A DNA stretch of 64,000 nucleotides from SAR116 cluster bacterium AG-426-B08 (lineage in GTDB: Bacteria; Pseudomonadota; Alphaproteobacteria; Puniceispirillales; Marisalimonadaceae): the NCBI GenBank assembly GCA_003213175.1, contig QCNN01000004.1:3186-67185 (forward strand), read 5' to 3'. Position 1 is the first letter of the stretch. The number at the start of each line of letters is the position of its first letter. This document shows positions 55,432 through 64,000 of the stretch, piece by piece. Both the position numbers and the translations under genes were made by a program. The notes beneath the pieces were generated by a model. It saw only the letters and a list, made by a program, of their open reading frames with translations, searched no databases and was not told where the DNA came from.

Positions 55432-56247
55432 ATGGAAATAGATAAGTTTTGGACAAGAGGAAATTTAAAAGAGAGAATAAATGATGCTCTCAGTGATTCT
55501 GATTTGAATAAGTCAAACTTGAAGATAGAAGATCTTCATCCAATAGACCAGTATCATGCTCGTGGTATTGCAGCTACAAGAGACTTGGCTGAAAAAGTAA
55601 GTATAAAAGAAAATGAGACTATAATCGATGTAGGATGTGGGTTAGCTGGGCCTGCTAGATTTTTTGCTGATAAATTTAAATGTAATGTAGTTGGTGTAGA
55701 TATAACACCAGCTTTTATAGAAGTTGGTAATGATTTTAATAAAAGAACAAACATGCATGATAAAGTTAGTTTACATGTTACTGATGGAAAAAGCTTACCG
55801 TTCGAAAATAATCAATTTGATGCCGCAATCTCACAACACGTTACTATGAATGTTGAAAATAGAGAGTTATTTTTTACAGAAATATTTAGAGTTTTAAAAA
55901 AAGACACATTTTTTGCTTTCAGTGAACATGGCCTTGGACCTAAAGGAACCCCATATTTTCCATTACCATGGGCTGATGATGAAAAAATGAGTTTCTTGTT
56001 AGATCCAGAAAAAACTATAGAATTATTAAAAGAAATTGGTTTTAAAAGTATTTCCTTCATGGAAACTGGAGAAAAATACATGGAAGGTTATGAAAAATCT
56101 ATTAAAACTAACTCTTCATCTAAAAAACCTGTTTTAGGCATGCATGTTATTGGCGGCCCCACAATGTATGATAGACAAAAAAATTCAATGCTTTCAATTA
56201 AGGAAAAAAGAACTCTTCCTTTTGAAATCATTTGTTTTAAAAATTAA
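55432..56247 (+). CDS. Class I SAM-dependent methyltransferase
   Basis: 271 aa with motif I IIDVGCGLAGPARF and a post-I acidic residue (GVDIT). Confidence 0.75.
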   Translation: MEIDKFWTRGNLKERINDALSDSDLNKSNLKIEDLHPIDQYHARGIAATRDLAEKVSIKENETIIDVGCGLAGPARFFADKFKCNVVGVDITPAFIEVGNDFNKRTNMHDKVSLHVTDGKSLPFENNQFDAAISQHVTMNVENRELFFTEIFRVLKKDTFFAFSEHGLGPKGTPYFPLPWADDEKMSFLLDPEKTIELLKEIGFKSISFMETGEKYMEGYEKSIKTNSSSKKPVLGMHVIGGPTMYDRQKNSMLSIKEKRTLPFEIICFKN

Positions 56248-56942
56248 TTATTAAATTCCAAAATTACTCTTTTATTCATTCTGCCTTTATTTTCAATTTT
56301 AACTTTTGATACCGAACTAATTTCACCAGTATTCCTTACATGAGTTCCACCACAAGGTTGATAATCAATATTTTTACCTATTGATATCATTCTAATTTTT
56401 CCTGTTCCTCTAGGAGGTTGGACAGCCATAGTTCTCACCAAATCAGGATTTTTATCTAATTCTTCTTCTGTTATGCTTGAAATTTTTACATCATGTTTTT
56501 CTTCTATTAATTTATTTATATTTTCTAAGATAAATTCCCTATCAGGCTTCGTTTCAACATCAAAATCCAATCTTCCTTTTCTTTCATTTATCTGGCCACC
56601 AGTAACTGGCGCCTTTATTAGAGAGCATAGAAGATGTAAACATGTATGAACCCTCATGATATTGAAGCGTCTTTCCCAATTAATTTGACAATTTATATTC
56701 TGATTAAGATCAAATTCTGATGTGCTGTTCACAAAATGAACGATTTTTTTATCTTTATACGAAGTACTCGTAATTTCAAAATTTTTACCATTAAATTTAA
56801 ATTGTCCATTATCGCCTGGTTGCCCACCTCCTTCTGGATAAAATATAGTTTTATCAAGTATTATGCCTTCATCAATTATATCAATAATTTTTGCTTCACA
56901 ATCTTGAATATAGGAATTATTTCTAAATAGTTCTTCTGTCAT
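56244..56942 (-). CDS. Alanyl-tRNA editing protein (AlaX-M-like)
   Basis: 232 aa with EGGGQPGD and the zinc motifs HTCLHLL and CGGTHV of the tRNA-synthetase second additional domain. Confidence 0.8.
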   Translation of the reverse strand: MTEELFRNNSYIQDCEAKIIDIIDEGIILDKTIFYPEGGGQPGDNGQFKFNGKNFEITSTSYKDKKIVHFVNSTSEFDLNQNINCQINWERRFNIMRVHTCLHLLCSLIKAPVTGGQINERKGRLDFDVETKPDREFILENINKLIEEKHDVKISSITEEELDKNPDLVRTMAVQPPRGTGKIRMISIGKNIDYQPCGGTHVRNTGEISSVSKVKIENKGRMNKRVILEFNN

Positions 56943-57126
56943 ATTATTTTAAAATTATTAAAATTTAACTTACCAAATTTTAATTTGTTTTTTAATAAAT
57001 AATCAAAGGGTTTTTAAAATTTTTTCATTAAATTTCCAAAAAAAAAAATTAAAGTTAAGATTGGTGTTTTTTTATTAATATTTCTCTGATAAGTTTAAAA
57101 CTTATTTAGAGTAACGAGGTTTTAAA

Positions 57127-57834
57127 ATGAATATTTCTGGGAAAAAAGCAATTATATTTGGAGGCACTTCAGGAATAGGTCTCTCAACTGTAAAGATGTT
57201 ATTTGAAAAAGGCGCATCGAAAATAATAGCCATAAGTAGAAATCCTGAAAAGGTTAGTGAAATTCCTGATAATGTCGAGCTCGTTAAGCTTGATGTTTTG
57301 GACGAGAATGGTCTTAAAACTTTTTTTGATAAACAGGGAGAGTTTGATATTTTAGTAAATTCTGCTACAGGAGGAGCAAGAGCACTTGGACCTTTTTTAA
57401 ATATGGATATGGAAGGTTATAGAAATTCATTTTTCAAACTTTGGGGCTACTCAAATGTAGTTAGATATGGAACAGAAAATCTTAAAAATGATGGATGTAT
57501 AGTTCTTGTAAGTGGTTCTCCAGCAAGAAATTGTCGTCCAGGATATATAGCGCTTTCTTCTGTGGGTGGAGCTGTGGAAGCATTTGCTAGAGGTATTGCA
57601 AAAGAAATTAATCCTAAAAGAATCAACGTAGTTTCACCAGGAACAATTGATACCCCAATGAGTCCTTTAATGGGTGAGGAAAGAAAAACTTTTTATCAAA
57701 ATGCAACGAAAACAAATTTGATACCAAGAGCTGGAACACCTGAAGAGGTTGCTCAGGGAATAATTTTTGCTATAGAAAATGACTTTATTACTGGTACAAC
57801 AATCGATGTTGATGGTGGTTGGCTACTTTCTTAA
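57127..57834 (+). CDS. Short-chain dehydrogenase/reductase (SDR)
   Basis: 235 aa with IFGGTSGIGLS and a C-terminal GTTIDVDGG. Confidence 0.8.
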   Translation: MNISGKKAIIFGGTSGIGLSTVKMLFEKGASKIIAISRNPEKVSEIPDNVELVKLDVLDENGLKTFFDKQGEFDILVNSATGGARALGPFLNMDMEGYRNSFFKLWGYSNVVRYGTENLKNDGCIVLVSGSPARNCRPGYIALSSVGGAVEAFARGIAKEINPKRINVVSPGTIDTPMSPLMGEERKTFYQNATKTNLIPRAGTPEEVAQGIIFAIENDFITGTTIDVDGGWLLS

Positions 57835-57836
57835 AA

Positions 57837-58676
57837 TCATATTTTCTTTTCTAAAATTATATCAAAAGTGAGCTCTTTACATTGAGTATTATCGTCTAGA
57901 TCTATAGCATCATTCAATTTTCTAATTAAACTTTCTTTTACTGCAAACACTGTATCTGAGTCTAAATACGGATCGCCATCAATAAAAACATGTGTAGTGA
58001 GATCAACGTATCCTTCTGCTTTAATCATAAAATGTATATGCGCTGGCCTAAAAGGATGTCTACCCATTAAATTTAATATTTCTCCTACTGGCCCATCTGT
58101 AGGCACCGGATAAAATTGTGGCTTAACTGTTTTAAAAAAGTATTCACCATTATTATTCGTCTTCATTTTCCCTCTTAGATCGACTACATTATTCTCCTTT
58201 TGAACATCATAAAGTCCATCTGGTCCAGATTGCCAAACATCAACTATAGCGTCAGGTATAACCTTCCCGTTGATATCACTAACTTTCCCTTTAACCAAAC
58301 ATTTTTCACCTTTTACATGATGAGCTATATTGTCACCAAAACGTATATCTGGTGCAGGAGCATGAAAAGGACCAAGAACAGTTGACTCAGTCTCATTGTT
58401 ATTTTTTCTATTATTTATCGTATCAATCAACATCGATATTCCAAGAACATCAGAAAATAAAATAAATTCCTGTCTTCGTTCATCACACTTTTGTCCAGTT
58501 CTAGTCAAAAACTCAATTGCTTTTAGCCATTCTTCAAAAGTAGGTTCAGTTTCTTTAACAACTTCATGCAAATGTTTTACTATGGAACCCATTAAAACTT
58601 TGACCCTTTTGTTTTCTATAGAATCAAAACTTTTTAGCACCCCCTCTGTAGCAGTAATTTCATTAAAATCTCTCAT
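57837..58676 (-). CDS. Intradiol ring-cleavage dioxygenase (hydroxyquinol/catechol 1,2-dioxygenase-like)
   Basis: 279 aa. It has an N-terminal dioxygenase_N helical domain, GPF/YDVW... and the Fe ligand motif RPAHIHF. Confidence 0.8.
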   Translation of the reverse strand: MRDFNEITATEGVLKSFDSIENKRVKVLMGSIVKHLHEVVKETEPTFEEWLKAIEFLTRTGQKCDERRQEFILFSDVLGISMLIDTINNRKNNNETESTVLGPFHAPAPDIRFGDNIAHHVKGEKCLVKGKVSDINGKVIPDAIVDVWQSGPDGLYDVQKENNVVDLRGKMKTNNNGEYFFKTVKPQFYPVPTDGPVGEILNLMGRHPFRPAHIHFMIKAEGYVDLTTHVFIDGDPYLDSDTVFAVKESLIRKLNDAIDLDDNTQCKELTFDIILEKKI

Positions 58677-58691
58677 AAAATTTATTACCTC

Positions 58692-59387
58692 CTAAATAAG
58701 ATATGTTTGAATAAGTGAAAAAATTAAACCAAAAAATCCACCGAAAACTCCTCCCCAAACTATTAACCAGTCTAAATGTTCTCTAATCATTTTTTCAACT
58801 ATAGTTTTAATATCTTCAGGTTTTAATTCTGAGAGTTTACTATCCAATGCTTTTTCAATATTTGACTTAAAATTTTTTACTAACGACTGATTAGATGTTT
58901 GATGGAAAAACTCATTTAATTTTTCACTCACAATTTTTTTTAACTTTTCTACTATAGGTTCTTTAAGAGGCAAAAGAGCATTTCTTCCTCCAAACATCGC
59001 TAACATACTTCCTAGTTTTGAAGTTTCAATGGAATCTAACAATCCTTCAAAAACTTTATCAAAATCAATTTTTATTAGTAATGAATCAATATCTATATTT
59101 TTATTATTAATTAGAAATTGCTCTATTTTTTCATCAGTAAATAATTCTTCAATTGCTAAATTTTTTATACCAAGTTTAATTTCATTAAACCTATCTAATA
59201 TAACCCCAGAACCATATAAAACTGGAACTTTTTCAAAAAGCATATGAACAGCAAGCCAATTCGTAACGCTCCCTGACAAAGCAAACAAACCAATTGATAA
59301 AATAATAATATTAAATTCATAGGGTAAAATTAAACCTATAAATATAAATAATACGGATACAAAATTTGTAACTACAGATTTATTCAA
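58692..59387 (-). CDS. DUF445-family membrane protein
   Basis: 231 aa. TM helices at both ends flank a helical soluble region (NWLAVHMLFEKVP...), as in DUF445. Confidence 0.6.
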   Translation of the reverse strand: MNKSVVTNFVSVLFIFIGLILPYEFNIIILSIGLFALSGSVTNWLAVHMLFEKVPVLYGSGVILDRFNEIKLGIKNLAIEELFTDEKIEQFLINNKNIDIDSLLIKIDFDKVFEGLLDSIETSKLGSMLAMFGGRNALLPLKEPIVEKLKKIVSEKLNEFFHQTSNQSLVKNFKSNIEKALDSKLSELKPEDIKTIVEKMIREHLDWLIVWGGVFGGFFGLIFSLIQTYLI

Positions 59388-59409
59388 TTTTTAATTTAAA
59401 TTATTAAAT

Positions 59410-60258
59410 TTAATCCTCAGTTATAAAATTCATTAAAATACCTACTTTACCTATATCAACTTCTACAACATCACCTGGTTTCATATAAATTGGAGGATCT
59501 CTTCTATCACCAACTCCACCTGGGGTACCAGTAACAATAACATCACCTACTGCTAATGTAGTAAATGAAGAGATATAATTGATGAGTTTTGGAATAGGAA
59601 AAATTAAATCTGACAAATTTGCTTTTTGCATAACTTTTCCATTTAATCTTGTTTCAATAGGTAACTTTTTATAATCACCTATTTCATCTTCTGTAACCAA
59701 ATAAGGTCCAAAGGGACCTGTTGCAGGAAAGTTTTTTCCTGGAGTGAATTGAGAAGTATGTCTTTGCCAATCTCTTATACTGCCATCATTATAACAAGAA
59801 TATCCAGCTATGTGTTCCATAGCTTTATCTTCTGGAATATATCTTCCACCTTTACCAATAGTGATCGCAAGTTCTCCTTCATAATCAAACCTATCTGAGA
59901 AATTAGGTTTTAATAGAGGTTGCAAATGTCCTGTTTGTGAATTTGCAAATCTTGTAAAAATAGTAGGATTTTCAACATCAGGCCTACCTGTTTCCTCCTT
60001 GTGTTCTTGATAATTCAAACCAATACAGAATATTTTTTCAGGGTCAGGTATTACTGGTAAATGCGTTATTTCCGAAATAGATATTTCAGGTCGCTTTTCT
60101 GCAACAAATTCTTCAGCTTTTTCGATTAAATCTAATTTAAGTAAATCCTTAATTGAGCTTACATCATTATGAATTCTGCCTGTTAAGTCTATTATTCCGT
60201 TTTCCTTAACAACTCCAAAACCTACTTTACCCATCCTTGCAAATGTTATTAATTTCAC
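59410..60258 (-). CDS. Fumarylacetoacetate hydrolase (FAH) family protein
   Basis: 282 aa with IFCIGLNY, YEGELAITIG and GDVIVTGTPGGVG, typical of the FAH/HpcE/MhpD-like fold. Confidence 0.85.
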   Translation of the reverse strand: MKLITFARMGKVGFGVVKENGIIDLTGRIHNDVSSIKDLLKLDLIEKAEEFVAEKRPEISISEITHLPVIPDPEKIFCIGLNYQEHKEETGRPDVENPTIFTRFANSQTGHLQPLLKPNFSDRFDYEGELAITIGKGGRYIPEDKAMEHIAGYSCYNDGSIRDWQRHTSQFTPGKNFPATGPFGPYLVTEDEIGDYKKLPIETRLNGKVMQKANLSDLIFPIPKLINYISSFTTLAVGDVIVTGTPGGVGDRRDPPIYMKPGDVVEVDIGKVGILMNFITED

Positions 60259-60268
60259 TTTTTTCTCC

Positions 60269-61111
60269 TTAAGATCTTAAAATTCCTTTTCCCCACAAAT
60301 TAAGTGTTTTCTCAGCTTGTGGCCACTTTTTAATTCCTCTGTCGTGAACAGTCTCAAGTTCAGCCGAAAGTTCAATCCAATTATTATCTACATCTCTAAT
60401 AAATACAAAAAGATTGTTTCCAGGTCCATGTCTTCCTGGACCCCAACTTAACTTAATATCATATTTTGAAAAATGATCACACCAATCTCTAATAAAATTC
60501 CATTGACCTACCTCATATGAATGATGATCTATGCCAACTTTATTTGCTTTAAAACAAGCTAAAGTATGATGTTCATGATTTGAAGTAACAAAGCTAGTAG
60601 CTAAAGTTCCATTATCATGAATCACAATATCTGTGATTTTAAAGCCTAATTTCTCAGAGTAAAATTTTTGGAATCTTTCTACGTTTGATGAGGAAAAAGT
60701 CAGGTGTTGAAGTGGTCCATTTAATATTCCATTAAATTTTTGGCTTTCATTCAAACCAACTCCAAAACTAATTATATTCCCATCTGGATCAGAAATAGAA
60801 AATGTCTTTTCTTTAAAATAGGGATTTATAAAATCTAATATTTTTACTTTGTTAGATGTTACGTATGATTTAAACAACTTTAAATCATTTTCACTTCTAC
60901 ATGAAAAACCTGCAAACGAAAGTTTATTATTGATACCATCTTTGATTATTAATTTTCTTAAAGGTCCGATACAAACCATATCTCCGTCTTTATTAACAAA
61001 ATAATCCATCCCCATAATTTTTTTGTAAAAATTTGCAAGTCTCTTTTTTTTTGTGGTTTCGAGAGCTATGTGATCTAACTTAAAACCCGCTTGTAAAGCA
61101 CTAATTTTCAA
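60269..61111 (-). CDS. Two-domain VOC (glyoxalase/extradiol dioxygenase) family protein
   Basis: 280 aa with two VOC modules (LDHIALET...; LQHLTFSS...HH..., GPGRHGPG). Confidence 0.7.
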   Translation of the reverse strand: MKISALQAGFKLDHIALETTKKKRLANFYKKIMGMDYFVNKDGDMVCIGPLRKLIIKDGINNKLSFAGFSCRSENDLKLFKSYVTSNKVKILDFINPYFKEKTFSISDPDGNIISFGVGLNESQKFNGILNGPLQHLTFSSSNVERFQKFYSEKLGFKITDIVIHDNGTLATSFVTSNHEHHTLACFKANKVGIDHHSYEVGQWNFIRDWCDHFSKYDIKLSWGPGRHGPGNNLFVFIRDVDNNWIELSAELETVHDRGIKKWPQAEKTLNLWGKGILRS

Positions 61112-61113
61112 GT

Positions 61114-62583
61114 TTAATACCTTTTTTTATAATTATACACTTCCAACATTGTTTTATCTACAAAATCATTCAAGTTATTATCATTTGTAGAACTCAAAAT
61201 ATACCTGTCAGGCCTAACTATTAAAGCTTCAGAATTAAATTTTTTTAGAGCACATGACAAAGTATCAAATTGTTGAACCGAAATATTTTTAATCAATTTA
61301 TTTTTATAATTATTTTTTGAAAAAAGAATTAAATTCTTGTCAAAATACTCATCAACTCTTTTATTATTAAGCCTCATATTAGGGAAAACCTTTCCTCTAT
61401 TTGAATCATTTTTTTTTCCAAGACCAGGCCCTAAACTTGGTTTAATTGAAGTCATAGTTCTTTTACCATCATTACTATTTTTTACAGTTTTGGAAACATT
61501 TGTATCTCCAATTTCATTTAATAACTTTCCCATATTCATTGTGGTATTAATGTACTCTTTTACATTATTGTATCTCTCGCTTTGATAGCTTTTTAAAAGA
61601 TTTTTATTATGAAAATTTTGACAACAAATAGCAATTTTCCAAGCTAGATTTGAAACGTCTCTTATTCCAGCACACATTCCTTGTCCCATAAATGGTGGCG
61701 ATAAATGTGCTGCATCTCCAGCCAAAAAAATTCTTCCTTTACTCCATTTTTTAGCAATTAGTGATTGAAAAGTGTAAACAGTCTTTCTTTCTATTTGAAC
61801 ATCATCTTTTGCAACCCATCTACTTAGAAATTTCCATAGGTTTTTTTCTTTCAAAAAATCCTTTTCATCACTCTCGCTCTTAAGAGCTATCTCCCATCTT
61901 CTTCTTCTTCCAACATTCCTACAATAAGTAGCTGGTCTTTCAGAGCTGCAATATTGAATAGTCCTGTCTGGGAGTAAAACCTTCTTATTATTTAATAATA
62001 CATCTATAACAGCCCATTTTTGTTGAAAACCTAAATCTTCAAGGTCAGAATTAATAGTGTTTCTAACAAAAGAGTTTGCACCATCACATCCAACAACAAA
62101 TTTGCTTTTTAAAAGAGAAACTTTATTGGTTTTAAGATTTTTGTATTTTACCTCTACAAAATTACTTTTATTTTTTAAGCTAAATACATCACTATTTTGA
62201 GAAATTGATACTTTTTTAAATTTAGATAAATTTTTTCTCAAGCTTCTTTCTAAATCCGGTTGATGAAATCTATAACTTGGATACCATCCATTTTCTGTAA
62301 TGATTTTTGGTCTTGGCCAATCTAATAAAAGATTGTTTTTTTCATCTAAAAATCTTGTTCCTTTATTGATTATGGTTTTATTTAAAAAGTTTCTACTAAT
62401 ATCAATAGTTTCAAAAACTCTCATAATTTCATCATCAAAATGAACAGCTCTTGGAAGATTATATAATTTGTTTTCTTTTTCTAAAATTATTACTGAAAGA
62501 TCGTGTTTGGCTATCAAGTTAGCTAAAACACCACCTGTGGGACCTAATCCAACTATAATTAAATCACAATCTAAAACAGACAT
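61114..62583 (-). CDS. FAD-dependent aromatic hydroxylase (MhpA/PheA-TfdB-like)
   Basis: 489 aa with DLIIVGLGPTGGVLA (GxGxxG), CDGANS and FLAGDAAHLSPPFMGQGMCAGIRD. Confidence 0.8.
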   Translation of the reverse strand: MSVLDCDLIIVGLGPTGGVLANLIAKHDLSVIILEKENKLYNLPRAVHFDDEIMRVFETIDISRNFLNKTIINKGTRFLDEKNNLLLDWPRPKIITENGWYPSYRFHQPDLERSLRKNLSKFKKVSISQNSDVFSLKNKSNFVEVKYKNLKTNKVSLLKSKFVVGCDGANSFVRNTINSDLEDLGFQQKWAVIDVLLNNKKVLLPDRTIQYCSSERPATYCRNVGRRRRWEIALKSESDEKDFLKEKNLWKFLSRWVAKDDVQIERKTVYTFQSLIAKKWSKGRIFLAGDAAHLSPPFMGQGMCAGIRDVSNLAWKIAICCQNFHNKNLLKSYQSERYNNVKEYINTTMNMGKLLNEIGDTNVSKTVKNSNDGKRTMTSIKPSLGPGLGKKNDSNRGKVFPNMRLNNKRVDEYFDKNLILFSKNNYKNKLIKNISVQQFDTLSCALKKFNSEALIVRPDRYILSSTNDNNLNDFVDKTMLEVYNYKKRY

Positions 62584-63552
62584 TTACTTTTTCATGTTAG
62601 AGTATAGCCAAGGACAATCTATAAAAGCTGGTGATTGTTTTCCAGAGGCTGCTACTTCTAAACGTTTTTTTCTAAATTTGAGTCTTTGATCTTTCGGCAT
62701 ATGTAATCTTTCATGTCCCCAAAAACTAGGTCCTTCTGTCATTTCAGAAGGTTTCCATGTTTTTGGATTTATTATTCTACCTCCCCAACCATTTTCGATA
62801 AAAAAACCAGAGGGAGTAATTGAGTAAAAAGATGTCATATAATCATTAGTATGTCTTCCCAATGTATATGCTACTGCATTTTCTTCAAATTGTATGAGAT
62901 CATAACCCTGTCCAACATCATCCAAACTATTATATTCAACCATGAAATGATGAAAGCCCTTTCTTCCTGTTTCTATCAGAGCAAAACTGTGATGTCTCTC
63001 GTTTACGTGGAAAAAATAGAGCTTTATTGGATCAAAACTATAATCACTCACATTAAATTCCAATAAATCTCTATAAAAAGGAACTAAATCAGATATTTTT
63101 TCGGTATGTAAAACTGCGTGACCCAACCCACATGCACCTGTTTTAAATCCTGAAATGGGTCTTCCAGGAATGAAAGGTTTATCATCTTTAAATGGATTAA
63201 ATAATAATTCTATTCTGTTATCAGATAGGTCAAAAAAATAAATTATTTCTTCAGCATAACGTTTATCTGATAATGATTTATTACCGACAAAAACTTTTAT
63301 ATTTGCTTTATCTAATTTATCTGCAAAATATTTTAAATCATCTTTTTTTTCTACTTCCCAACCTAGATAAGACAAACAATCACCTTCATCTCCAGTAATA
63401 CAAAACCTTTGTTTTTGATCATCCATCCTAAAAAACAAAGATTTACCTGTACTATCTACTTTTTGCATACCAAGTTTTTTAGTAGCATAGGTGGACCAAT
63501 CCTCAATTTTATTTGAGTTTACCCCTAAATATGAAAGTGCAATTATACCCAC
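62584..63552 (-). CDS. Type I extradiol ring-cleavage dioxygenase (BphC/MhpB-like function)
   Basis: 322 aa with two VOC modules (LSYLGVNS...; GLGHAVLH..., HHSFAL, FHHFMVE, LGRHTND). GTG start. Confidence 0.75.
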   Translation of the reverse strand: MGIIALSYLGVNSNKIEDWSTYATKKLGMQKVDSTGKSLFFRMDDQKQRFCITGDEGDCLSYLGWEVEKKDDLKYFADKLDKANIKVFVGNKSLSDKRYAEEIIYFFDLSDNRIELLFNPFKDDKPFIPGRPISGFKTGACGLGHAVLHTEKISDLVPFYRDLLEFNVSDYSFDPIKLYFFHVNERHHSFALIETGRKGFHHFMVEYNSLDDVGQGYDLIQFEENAVAYTLGRHTNDYMTSFYSITPSGFFIENGWGGRIINPKTWKPSEMTEGPSFWGHERLHMPKDQRLKFRKKRLEVAASGKQSPAFIDCPWLYSNMKK

Positions 63553-63700
63553 AATACTCTCACAGTAAAATTTTGAACAAATATTAACAATGTCTTACTT
63601 CCAAATCAATTTATAATACTCTGATGTCAATTAAAATTAGAATAATAGTTAAAATTATGATATTTAATTTTCCTATATTATTAATTTAGAGGAGAAAAAA

Positions 63701-64000
63701 ATGAATAAGCTAATTAGCCTTTTTACTATTTCTATTTTAGCATGTTTTTTTTCTTTTTCTGCCAATGCTGGAAAAGTGACACTTAAATTTCATACATTTG
63801 TTCCTGCCCCAGCAAATTCAAATAAACTATTTGTGTTACCATGGTCTGAAAAAGTTAAAAAAGAGTCTAATGGAGAAATTGTGACAGAAATGTACTACTC
63901 AATGCAACTCGGAGGAAAGCCACCTCAGCTTGTTGATCAAGTTAGAGAAGGTGTTGTAGATATAGTTTGGACCGTTGCTGGATATACTCCAGGAAGATTT
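63701..64000 (+). CDS. TRAP transporter substrate-binding protein (DctP family), 3' end beyond the window
   Basis: An SD (GGAGAAAAAA) lies before the ATG. It has a signal peptide (ILACFFSFSANA) and then TLKFHTFVP..., typical of DctP-type binding proteins. The frame is open to the window end. Confidence 0.75.
   Translation, partial: MNKLISLFTISILACFFSFSANAGKVTLKFHTFVPAPANSNKLFVLPWSEKVKKESNGEIVTEMYYSMQLGGKPPQLVDQVREGVVDIVWTVAGYTPGRF

Noticed and set aside
5109-63066. About 35 ORFs of 60-135 aa in the six-frame track lie inside, and mostly antisense to, much longer well-supported genes. Examples are 5109-5300, 5307-5573, 6196-6384, 10649-10852, 10767-11027, 12198-12431, 17855-18073, 17988-18218, 19099-19308, 21678-21860, 25419-25643, 29666-29866, 34441-34641, 34963-35145, 37526-37840, 39831-40013, 41517-41924, 41857-42048, 42237-42467, 44469-44702, 46678-46872, 46794-47018, 47364-47582, 48042-48263, 55554-55754, 55812-56081, 56736-56930, 58200-58385, 58396-58695, 59029-59247, 61337-61585, 62468-62689 and 62851-63066.
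   Set aside because: Each is fully or largely embedded in a longer ORF with clear family motifs. Their translations are low-complexity (Ile/Phe/Leu/Ser/Lys-rich), as expected for shadow frames in AT-rich DNA, and none has a recognisable motif or SD.
1-64000. Searched by eye for rRNA, tRNA (T-loop GGTTCGAAT/GGTTCAAAT-type arms), IS elements, transposase/integrase genes, CRISPR-cas, toxin-antitoxin pairs and restriction-modification genes.
   Set aside because: None could be supported. The only T-loop-like word (GGGTTCAATT on the minus strand near 23915-23924) lacks a complementary stem. The FkbM and class I methyltransferases have no partner nuclease.

Overview
This is an AT-rich, very gene-dense window. 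Spacers are mostly 1-100 bp and many neighbouring genes overlap by 1-20 nt. The style and gene content resemble a streamlined marine alphaproteobacterium (SAR11/Pelagibacterales-like), but that is inference only because no marker RNA genes are present. I found no rRNA, tRNA, CRISPR array, transposase or integrase.

Layout:
(1) 1-23.7 kb is a phosphorus-stress supercluster. It holds a glycosyltransferase-DgkA fusion, ppk1-ppx, phnM-acr3, a complete C-P lyase set phnGHIJKLN plus phnF and a second phnM-like gene, non-canonical accessory genes (DUF1045 2H phosphoesterase, PHP hydrolase, hexapeptide acyltransferase), the transporter phnCDEE, and Cys-type and His-type phosphatases.
(2) 22.2-26.8 kb is a decayed, rearranged hotspot with four ORF-poor gaps of about 500 bp and two pseudogenes. 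It also contains a perfect 77-bp GC-rich direct repeat that brackets a 2.3-kb cassette (HD-domain hydrolase, frameshifted small gene, ArsP/COG0701-like permease). The outer flanks of the two repeat copies are complementary to each other, so an ancestral stem-enclosed element of about 100 nt appears to have been split by the insertion.
(3) 26.8-35 kb is a run of ORFans and small accessory genes.
(4) 35-64 kb holds housekeeping and catabolic genes: chrA, a class II cytochrome c, ADH, MATE, an amidohydrolase / CoA-transferase / dehydrogenase cluster, a TRAP transporter with an unannotated 40-aa ORF, a GMC oxidoreductase, AlaX, and an aromatic ring-cleavage cluster followed by a second TRAP binding protein.

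All functional calls come from motif and family recognition by eye. No database search was run.
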